This document shows positions 1-9,494 of a DNA stretch of 64,000 nt, one piece after another. This stretch comes from Cenococcum geophilum. Taxonomy: Eukaryota. Each line of letters starts with the position of its first letter. The first letter of the stretch is position 1. The notes under the pieces are model-generated. The model had not been told where the DNA came from, did no database searches, and saw only the letters and a list, made by a program, of their open reading frames with translations. A program made the translations under genes and the position numbers. Where the stretch lies: NCBI GenBank assembly GCA_050273025.1, contig CP158636.1, positions 11,656,001-11,720,000 on the forward strand, written 5' to 3'.

Positions 1-888
1 CGGTATGTATAGACCTTTTTGCTTGACTTCCTCCCACGAGTTTGTCTTAAATACATTCTCAATACACTGGTCAATCTTACTACCATCTTGAGCGTACGGA
101 GCTTTTCTCCCTCGTCGAGCAACAATCCGTACCTCCCTATTTACTTGTTTTTCGGATATAATCCTAGCTGCCTCCTTGAGCTCATGGCCAGGAATTGCGG
201 ACCATGGAGTGCATTGCTCTATATCTTCAGTCATTCCAGTCCTTTCGGCTTCTTTGGCCAGGTGCATTGTCACTCTGGCCCCAGAGTACTCTCCGTCGCG
301 CTTCTGGAGTAGTTCATTCCACCCCGCAGGCTGTGCGACCCTCAAACGTTGATGGTCCATAGAAGAAGTCATGAATTCAGTCGTAGGAGAAACATAGTGC
401 AACTCTTTCCAACCGTCACTCTCCAGAAGGGACTCAATGTCGTAGTAGGTCCCAATATCACCCCAACCATCGTTTGCCCCTGAGTCATGAAAGCAATCCT
501 CAACCACAAGGCGATCCAGCTTAAGCCCCGGAAGCAAAGCCAATGCATTACTAAAGTGGTATGTCGTGTAATATCTAATGGTCCCACTGGCGTACAGCGG
601 GAATGGAAATGCCTTAACATGGATATGGCGGAGCTTGCTGATTATGGTGGAGCCTAGGTTCATCAAAGTATCTAGCATTACTTCTGTGCTGCGAAACTGG
701 ACCTGTACATTTGCTGCTAGAAAAGGTTGTGCTTCATCCTGGATTTGACGGCACGTGCGAAGAATGGCTGTGCGATTTGATGTTTTTTTGTTATAGCCAA
801 GTCCGTGACGAATGGTGATTGAGCTAAAAAGGCACTCGTAAATCATCTCACGTAGCTCAGGTGGGAGAGTGAGAAATGTTGGCGCCAT
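1..888 (-). CDS. Hypothetical fungal protein with F-box-like N-terminus; 3' end runs off the window
   Basis: Manual translation from ATG 888: MAPTFLTLPPELREMIYECLF...ILRTCRQIQDEA... open to base 1 without a stop. It is absent from the ORF track because there is no stop in the window. FLxLPxELRxxIY and LRTCRQI are motifs common in Pezizomycotina F-box-like hypotheticals. Confidence 0.75.
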   Translation of the reverse strand, partial: MAPTFLTLPPELREMIYECLFSSITIRHGLGYNKKTSNRTAILRTCRQIQDEAQPFLAANVQVQFRSTEVMLDTLMNLGSTIISKLRHIHVKAFPFPLYASGTIRYYTTYHFSNALALLPGLKLDRLVVEDCFHDSGANDGWGDIGTYYDIESLLESDGWKELHYVSPTTEFMTSSMDHQRLRVAQPAGWNELLQKRDGEYSGARVTMHLAKEAERTGMTEDIEQCTPWSAIPGHELKEAARIISEKQVNREVRIVARRGRKAPYAQDGSKIDQCIENVFKTNSWEEVKQKGLYIP

Positions 889-1440
889 TTCGGTAAATGC
901 TAATTCAGCCGAGGAAGTAGAGTGTTGAGTATCTTCGGCGACGTAACGGCCAATTCACAGTGGCTTCTGACGGAAAATACGTCGAGTGTTTGCAGCCATA
1001 AGCCTTTTTTTCTTGGAGATACCAAATGCACAGGAGAATACTTAAGCTTATCAATAACGGGGCAGCTATCATGATTAGAAAAGAAAAGAAACATCATAAG
1101 TTTGTCAGACGACGTTGAAGGGGTTCAGGTCTCTTGGCATACGCCAGGCTGAAAACCCATGTGGGGGTGAGGGTGAAGATAAAGACTGAAGCACCTCATT
1201 CGCCGTTTGCAGAACCCTAGTTCTTTCATAAAACCAATGATATTTTGTGATTCTGAAGCTGAAATGCCCGAATCTCTATGAATTGAAGAATGCACCCATC
1301 TATCAGCTGGTCGCTACAATTGCGGCTGGGTATCACTGCAAAGAATCTACTGCCCTAAAGTTCCATGCATGCCTTTCCTATTTTCTTGCATTTTTACGGC
1401 TGAGTACGCCTGAAGTTCGTGGTGTTTTATTGTTGCTTTC

Positions 1441-2648
1441 TCAATCCAATTTGTACCTCAATCGACCTCGTTCTCGCTCCTCGAGTTTCTTTCTTTGCCA
1501 TTGCCACTCCACTAGCACTGGCAGAAAGTGCCAGAGATCGAATTCAGGCCACAAGCAATTAAGAAAAACAATAGAGGTGTGCTGATGGCACTGCCAGAGC
1601 ATAAAATCACTCAGTCGTTCGACTCCCGAGGTACGAACCAGTAAGTCTAATGGCGGCGCATCATTAGTGAACATGTTCGACGTCAAAGTCGCGGCAGTTA
1701 TGTTTTCCGGATCCGGATACGTCACTGCGGGTGGAGCTTCACTTTTATCAGACTGGTTCATGAGTGTCGAAGCTGTTGAGGAATGTTCGATATCTGAAGG
1801 GTTGAACTCTTTAGATGATGAAGGAGATGCTGAGCGAGAATCCGGGTTTTGGGAAGGGACGTCCTCGGGAACTGTGCTGAGTTGTTGTGCGCGAATATTA
1901 CGCGTTATATGAGTCTCGGAGAAGGGCCGTTTTAGTGGTGGTGGGTGAGGTTTGCTGTATGCTATAACAGTGTTCCTAACCGCCGTGGTAATCTCGTCCC
2001 GTGATGTGTAGGGGAAGCACACATTGAGAATAGCTCTAGGGAGCCTGTTATTAGTTCCGACCGGTTATGAAGAAGACGTATCTGTCCTACCTCTTGTTCC
2101 CTTGAGTTAACAGAACAGCTTTATCTATTGCTTCCAACACGTCTGGTTTGACGAGGTCACGCTGGCCGAGAATTCGAATTGCCGCACCATAGCGATCAAG
2201 TAAAGCTCCGTGTTGGGCCAATTGACCCAGTTTTGTTTTTGCCATCTCCATTAGAGCGTCCACCTCGTATTTTGAGCGTTTAAAGTTTTCGATACTAAAA
2301 GCATAGATAGTCACAACTTTTACACCGGACTTATAGCAAACTTCAAGAATCTAGTATTGACAGTCAGTACAAGTGTTTATGGTATAAAAGCAAAATGATG
2401 CCTCTATTGCAGAGGATACATACACGAGCAAGAGCTTCAAACCCCAGATTATGGCCTTCAACAGTCTCAATCTTGTGGCTCCGCGCAAACCGCCTATTTC
2501 CGTCCATCACAAATGCAACGTGTTGCGGGATCGGCCCTTGGCGTAAAGCTCCAATCAGGAGTTCTCGAAGTTGGCGCATCCCCCATGTGACTGGAGGTGA
2601 TGAAGCAAACCATTTCCGTATCTTAGAATTGTGGAAGGAGTCTGACAT
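1441..2648 (-). CDS. RER2: cis-prenyltransferase (dehydrodolichyl diphosphate synthase catalytic subunit), 3 exons: 2648-2424, 2350-2091, 2035-1441
   Basis: Motifs PQHVAFVMDGNRRFAR, TIYAFSIENFKR, PYTSRDEI, LDLLVRTSGVERLSDFMLWQ; GT-AG introns join the three ORF fragments in frame. Confidence 0.93.
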
Positions 2649-2956
2649 GCCGAATATGCTGTTGAAGGAGTCGATGTCAGGTAGATTTGGTGTTGAAAGT
2701 GGACGAGTTCGAGGAGCATGGAATGGAGTTTATAGTCTTACGGGGTAATGAGAGTAGAATTAAGCCCCCGCACGCCTGTTACCGTCCTACATGGGCTGGT
2801 GTTGTGTGGTTCGAGGTTGAGATGTGCTTTGACATGTGTACGTAACTTGTACAAATGCCCAGCTGTACCTTAAACAGGAGGCTAAGCGGCGCTTGCCGCT
2901 GACGCGAAACCAGGAACCGGCTGAAGCTTCCAGCTTTTTTCTCTTACCTCAGCAAG

Positions 2957-3045
2957 CTCAGACGTGATTCCGTTGGTGCGGACTTTCAATCGGTCCGCGA
3001 GCTGGCTAACTACGTTTGTGCTGCACCACTGGAATCACGTCTGAG
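2957..3045. repeat. 89-bp fold-back (inverted repeat) element
   Basis: CTCAGACGTGATTCC (2957-2971) is the exact reverse complement of GGAATCACGTCTGAG (3031-3045); extends to 23 bp with 2 mismatches. Confidence 0.8.
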
Positions 3046-3438
3046 ACTTTTCCGCAACAGTTATAAGCAAATTCAACGCTTTTTATGATGTTCCTTATAT
3101 TCGCAGTTAAAATTTCTTAACCACAACGGCTTAAAATACTACTAAAAGTTCATCGATTAGAGAGACAACCTAATATTTTATAAATATCTAGTCTATATTA
3201 GCCTACAACCCCCTAGAGTCAAGGTCATTTTCGCCAAAAAAGATTCCGTTATTGAGAACTACAATTTTAGCCATAATGTCGCAATAGATATCGCAACGAT
3301 ATCACAACGGGTGCATATATAAAGCCCAAAAGTCGATCAATTATGGAGCTAGTTCTACGGATTAATTTCGTTAAAAAGGTAACTGCTCTACATATAAAAT
3401 AAGTCGTTATCGCTTAACAAACCTTGCGAAAGTCCCTG
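3046..3438. mobile_element. AT-rich, RIP-like transposon remnant (possible hAT-type non-autonomous element, one clear end)
   Basis: TpA-rich island in an intergenic region; right end ...TTGCGAAAGTCCCTG (reverse complement CAGGGACTTTCGCAA) loosely mirrors GACTTTTCCGCAA at the left; no TSD found. Confidence 0.35.
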
Positions 3439-3721
3439 ACAAAAAAGGTTAGCGATATCCGCTAATTGATTCTATGATCTGAGCTTGCTGAGGTAAGACC
3501 TTTTCGCGGAGACAGAAAAGCCGATCCGAAGCCAGCACATTTCTGTTCTCAACAAACTTTGGCTCTTCTCGCCAGAGTCCGGTCATCTGTCCGGGGCCAG
3601 GACACCTCGTGTAACCGGAAGTAGGGAGGCCTGTATCTTGCTCCACTGACTGGAAGTAACCCAGGCAACTTCTAAAGCAGCTACCTGCGCAGAAGAAGCA
3701 TACACCTTCGTAATCCAAGCT

Positions 3722-5418
3722 ATGGCTATTGAGCCTGAATCTAGCGCTGCTCAGTTGGCAGATCAGCTCTCAGATGGCTTTGCGGCCCTCTCCGAAGAGT
3801 ATCAGGTCTTAATTGATCAGCATCGGGAGTTGGAGAACAAACTTTCATGGGCAAAGCAACAGGTGAGCATTACAACACCTCTTCGAAACATTACTCCTTC
3901 ATGATGAAACAATCTTTAGCTCTAGATCTGTAGCTGCTTCGCAACGTTGACAGAATATTTCAAATTGACTCTGAATGTCTCGATTACTTATTAAACGTTC
4001 GCCATTTTGTTTTATGGCATTAAGCTAACTAAGTCCGCCAACAGTATCTAGAGCTTCTGAAGCGATTCACCCCTGATACTATATCTCAGGATCATCTAAG
4101 CTTCCTCCACAACCTCGAACAAGCCGCATCCACCCAGCAGAATACCAGGCCGGACTGGCTTGAGCAACTTTCACAAAATGAAGACGGAGATCGGAGGACC
4201 CGGGCATATCTTATCAGGCAAGCTGGAATAGCATTCGAGAAACACAACGGTCCCGCAAAGGATACTGGTGTGAAAATATGGAGCGGATCCTCGGCGGACA
4301 TGGATAAAACCTCTGTATCCGTACGTAGTAAGTCGCATACTGACTCAGCTCTAAACCTGGAGCGTGACTTCACAACTCCAGGGACTCCTAGCCGGCTTGG
4401 CTGTCCATTTGCCACCCCATGTGGGAGGAAATTCTCTGGTAGCGGTAGGCAAAGCCCTCTCGCTACTCCACGAAGCTCGGTATCACGAATGAGTCCGAAG
4501 GGAAGAAGGTTAAAGCGACCATCTTTCAATGACCCTATCCGTGCCGAAATTTGTGGCAACGATCCTGTATCGGCTTCTGCATCTGTTGATGGATCGGCTG
4601 CTGTCTGTCCCATTCGGTTCCTCGACCAACATTCTCCGGAAGAGGTTGCCAAATACTTTGAGAATCATAAGCACGAAATTCCTCGAAGCCATGAGGTCTG
4701 CGTGAAACGTTTCCAAAGCAATGCGGAAAGCATCCGACAGCTCGACGCGAAATATGGCAATCTTGTCAGCATGATTCAAGGGCTTGGAATGAAACACCAA
4801 CCATGGCTCCCAGAGAAACCAGACGATGAAGTGGAAGAGCCCATAGACGAGCAAGAATCGACCGAAAAGGTGAAAAAATGGGCAAAGGCTGTTAGTGTAA
4901 GCCTACAAGAGGACCAGCCAGGCGAAAACCAAGATGATGACCATATCCCGGATGAAGAGAGGGCTCCTCATTTTGACCGACCACTAAAAGAAATTAGAGT
5001 CGGCGAATCACCAAGTCGACCTTGGGGTATTACCGTACCTGCTAAATACACTAAGGCTGGCAGCACCTCCTCGGCTAAGTCTGCTGCGACAGCTTCTCCG
5101 CTTTCGAAATCCAAAATCGAAGAACCAGCTCCTGATACTACTGTTAAGCTAACGGGCTGTCCTTTCGATCATACGAAGATGCGGGTAGGTTCACCACCTC
5201 ATCCTGTAGAGCCTGATCGGACAAACTTCATACCGGAGGAGCCATTGCAGGATTTTAACCATCCTACTGCGCAGCCCCCACCTGAACCCGTTACTGGAGC
5301 TGGCGAAGCGCCAAAATCTGCTCCACAGATGGTGTTCAATGGTCCGGTCTTCATCGGGTATCCACCTGAGCAGCTTATGGTGCTCCTCCAGCAAGGTGGG
5401 CTGGGCGGGAAATCTTGA
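3722..5418 (+). CDS. Conserved fungal hypothetical protein (about 504 aa), 2 exons: 3722-3862, 4045-5418
   Basis: Exon 1 is 47 codons (coiled-coil-like), GTGAGC donor at 3863, GCTAAC branch point, CAG acceptor at 4044; exon 2 is in frame with the 4270-5418 ORF; contains GCPF and CPIRFLDQHSPEEVAKYFENHKHEIPRSHEVC. Confidence 0.8.
3898..3975 (+). ncRNA. Candidate intronic box C/D snoRNA
   Basis: Inside an unusually long 182-nt intron: box C ATGATGA (3901-3907), box D CTGA (3971-3974), D'-like CTGT (3928-3931), and antisense elements TTAGCTCTAGA (3916-3926) and TTTCAAATTGAC (3958-3969), each one base upstream of a D or D'-like box. Confidence 0.75.
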
Positions 5419-6659
5419 ACGTATATTGTACTCACAGCACGCAAAACACTTAGTGTGGCTTAAATCGCACACAGGCGAAAGAAGATTCGTTTCAAACGCC
5501 TAATGAGCCATCCTCCGCCAGGTCTCCCTGGCACACATTCTCGTCACATCATTAGCGGAAGCGCCAGCCGGGTGATAGCTCAGAATATAACAATTCACGA
5601 TGCCATGTATCTAATTTCTTTGGAAGCGAGTTCTAAGTGAGGATCGCTTGGCAAAGCACCCAGTTGGGTAGCCTGAGCTCTGATGTTAATCATCACGACG
5701 CTTTTGCTTGGCAGTCTTTGAGGATGCAGAAGGTGTCAAGTCTTGCAATGCTTTCTTGGGAAGGCTATTATTTTAGATCCCCTTAGAACCTCGCCCCAAG
5801 AACGTTCACCAATCCAAAGTCGGCCCCTAGCAGTACTTAATAGCGCCTCACGACCGGGATTGTTAGTAAGCCGCCCAATTAAGATGCAGATTTATATCCT
5901 TTCCTGCAACTACAACTCGATTACTTTATCGCTGATCTGCTTTCCGAACTTTGATGTTGAACCAGCCTATCGGTACTGAGAGCATTACCAGACATGTTTC
6001 AGAATCTTACAACCTAAAACAGTTCCGGCTGTACCTCACGCACTCCTTCTATACACCAATGCCTTGTCCCACTATGCCTTCTCGCTCTTTTTCTCAAGGC
6101 ATTGTCTTCTAGGGACATAGAATCCTCAATCACACGAAGCTCCCAATATGAATTGTGATATGCCTCCGCATGTGGGGCATGTCAATATTTTCCTATTTGC
6201 AACACCTTCAATTACCAGTAGCATTTTTAGGCCCATTTATGAACTCGAGAGACCATCCCAGCTTTTGGTTGGAAAGTTTGAAAAGTAATATGTGTGTAAT
6301 GTATGACGGACGGGATAAGACATACTATTTTCAACGCGTATCACTTAAACGGAGAGCTTACCACTCTCTTAGTCGCGCTTGTTGAAGGCCAGACCCTTTT
6401 CATGGGTGAGAACTACAGCTTCGTCAAGAGCCCAGGTCGGATTTTGCCGATTACCCTGTTCCCGTTCCAGTTGCCTATCACCCTATGACTCACACTGTTT
6501 CTGTTGCCTGTACCCCCCTTGTACCCCACCTTTGTTGCCTATACCTTCCTCGTGCGTATAAGTTTCTTTTCTTCATAGTTTGAATAGACAGAGTCTTCCT
6601 CATCTTCTTCTGATCGACAGTTGGAGATATACATATATCTGGACCCCTTGTACTCGCGA

Positions 6660-7092
6660 AGATATGCTAACCCGCCTCCTCCAGCCCCTCCGGTGGCGCC
6701 ACGCTCGCTGCGCCCCATGGGGGCTGGACCGTCTTCGGCGCCCAACTCTCCCGCTGCCCGCGGCCCCAACCAACCTCTTCGCCACCGCATCGCCCACAAA
6801 AAGCAGCACGCAATCCGCAGCCGCCTCATCCTCTTCCTCATCACTGTTCTCCACCAAGGCCATCATTGGCGGCTTCATGGACAGTGTTGTGGACATCGCG
6901 TTAGGAGCCGCCGCAATGTACTTGTTCGTGTACCGGCCCAGCAAGCGAAAGCAAGGCGAGGTTTCAGCAGGGGGGAAGCTGCCCCTTCAGTCCACGGATG
7001 TGCCGCCCGCAGAGTCGTATCGACAGGAGAAGGACGACGGACGGCGCATCCACGAAGCAGACGCGGGCGCGCTCGCACGAGGCAGCCGCTGA
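6660..7092 (+). pseudogene. Degenerate Ser/Thr-rich single-pass membrane protein fragment
   Basis: ATASPTKSSTQSAAASSSSSS followed by hydrophobic AIIGGFMDSVVDIALGAAAMYLFVY and a basic stop-transfer RPSKRK; no clean start or exon structure. Confidence 0.35.
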
Positions 7093-7094
7093 GG

Positions 7095-7620
7095 GAAATC
7101 TCAGGATAGTACAAACTCTACCTGATCGCGGGCCGGACGTGAGTGCGCGAGGAGGTCGGCAGGCTAACGCCCTATGCGCGGCCTCAGCGGCGCACGAGCC
7201 GAACGTGGTTCGGCTTCTGCTCGACTGGAATGCAGATGGGAATCAGCAGGGTAGGAAACGCAACGAGAACGCTCTTATTGCCTTAATAAAGGGGACATGG
7301 GTAACTCGCAAAGAAGAGCTGCAGAAGGTGCAGATAATAGCAACCCTACTTCTTGATCATGGAGTATATGTCACTGCGCATGGAGGGAGATATGGTAGTG
7401 TGCTAGCTGCTGCAGCGTATAGCAAGAATGTGATGATGATGAAGCTCCTGTTGGGGCGCGGTGCTAATCCTCACGCCCGGGTCGGAGAGTATAATACAAA
7501 TGCTCTTGTAGCGGCACTCTAAAATCACTGCAAAAGTCGAAGTGCTTATTCCAGTGGAGTTGTAGATCTGCTCCTAGACTTTGGATTCGATGTAAATGCG
7601 CACGGCGTGATACAAGAGTG
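7095..7620 (+). pseudogene. Ankyrin-repeat protein pseudogene or fragment
   Basis: Ankyrin repeats NALCAASAAHEPNVVRLLLDWNADGN and GRYGSVLAAAAYSKNVMMMKLLLGRGANPH; after the TAA at 7520-7522 the same frame continues with GVVDLLLDFGFDVNAHG. Confidence 0.65.
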
Positions 7621-7950
7621 CAATTGCTTCTGCGGCAGGATGACCGTATGGGTGAGGATGGGGCACGCAATGAATCGTTTTCAGGAGACTGGGGGTACGA
7701 GCCGGACCTCGGAGACATCGAGCACGAGGAGCATTCTGTCTATTTTCTGATCAGATGGTGTAAGCAGTTCATCAATATAAATACTATCTTGGTATTGTTC
7801 AAGCCCACGTCAGACAAGACTTTTGGCTTATTTCCGCCTTAGCACGCCCGTTGCCCCTAAGAAGGGCATGATTACCGATACCTAAAGCGGTAACTTCGGC
7901 TTTCCTTGGCTGTCATGGGTCTATTAGACTAGCCAGGCTTCACTTCCACC

Positions 7951-8426
7951 CAGGGATGCATATCACTATTCTATTAGTTACATAAGTTATGATTACTATA
8001 TAATCTAACTAATCATAATCATAATCAACCTTTTGATTATGATTACATGTTTATAATCAATATAATCACCTAGGGTAAGAACAGGTAGGAATAGAACATA
8101 GTAATAAAGCTTTAATGTTAAGAAAGTTATTTATTAATTTTCCTACTATATAGTCGGCGCTAACTAAAAAGCGCTGAGCCAGCTGTTTTATATATAAAAA
8201 ACGTCGGTGCGGGCTTTCTTAAAAAAAGTTAGTATATACGCGCCTACGCGTCAGTGTATATTATCTAGAGTTCCATTTTAATCACCATTTACCTATATTT
8301 ACACCTACTTGCCTAATTAGGAAATTAGTATATAATCAATGTAATCAATCAGAATTAGGTGCGGTGATTTTATAATAATCAAAATCAATGGGCTGATTAC
8401 GATTACGTTGATTATATGCATCCCTG
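7951..8426. mobile_element. Non-autonomous hAT-type element (MITE), 476 bp
   Basis: 13-bp perfect TIR CAGGGATGCATAT/ATATGCATCCCTG; perfect 8-bp target-site duplication CTTCCACC at 7943-7950 and 8427-8434; AT-rich interior with subterminal AATC/GATT repeats. Confidence 0.9.
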
Positions 8427-9494
8427 CTTCCACCTTACCACGCCATATTGACGGCACGGAAGACCTTTGCCGGGCCACTCTCCCCAGCTCACCAAACGAA
8501 GAATGACCAAAGCTAGAGCAAGCGTACCTTAGGTCTGCCTCCCATGGGCTTCTACCAAAATATACGACCACCGTCTATTCTTCTCTTTAGCACTCGCGGT
8601 CCTCGGCAAGATGGTTACAGGCAAAAGCCACGCCCGGAGGTAGTCAAATGCCGTGTTGAAGGAGAGCGGGCGTGTTTACTGAAGATAGTTTTCACGGCAT
8701 TATCCCTCGTGAGATACTTGGTGAATGACCTGCTATAAGGGTGGCATGAGGTAGACGTCGTTGCGAATGGTTGGAAGGGCTAAGGGGTTGAACTATTGAT
8801 GATGACCTTGTTTGATCTGTTGAATCTGTGGCATTGGTGTTTGTAATCCAGGAAGCTAACAATAGCAACAGAAGAAGAAAACACCATATTGTAAGACACA
8901 TCTTCTTAGTCCCGAGACTGTTTGAGAAACGCAGGCAGACGCTTTGCTTTGCTAGTACGGTCGGTGAAATGAATCGTTACCTGAAAGCCTCTTCTTGTCG
9001 AGCCATGTTTTCAAATCTATGCAAAGAGCCAAATTCTTGATTCGAGCCATCCTACTCTACTCTAATACGGTGCCAATCTATATTCGGTACCAATGCACTC
9101 CATCTAATCCAAACCGAGAAGGATGCAGCAGCAGCGAATACTGCTCTCCACCTATTTTATCTTGGAAAAGAACGGTGCAAAACGGTGTAAAATGTAGGTA
9201 AAAGTACTTCTTCCTGTCGATGTGCAAAGTGTGCGCTGGTGTGACTGCTAGCCGTAGGCAAACTGTTTTTTTTGAGAGATATCCGGTGCGTCTATTGCCC
9301 CGAAAACAATACCCTAAGAAACGCCATGGTGAAAACCATCAGCCATCTAAAGGAAACCTATTCAATAGCGCTAGTAAATGCACTTAAGAATGCCCTTTCA
9401 AGGAGTGCCTAAAAAGAACAGCAAGAGGTAAAGCCCGCTGAACTGTAACGGTACGTGTGAGAAGAGCATTGGCCTGCAAGTCGTTGGAAGTCAA

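Noticed and set aside
3957..3966. 25S rRNA (AAUUUGAAAU) as the target of the box D guide
   Set aside because: The 10-nt match stops three bases short of the position next to box D; the recalled U6 match is longer and better positioned. Not fully excluded.
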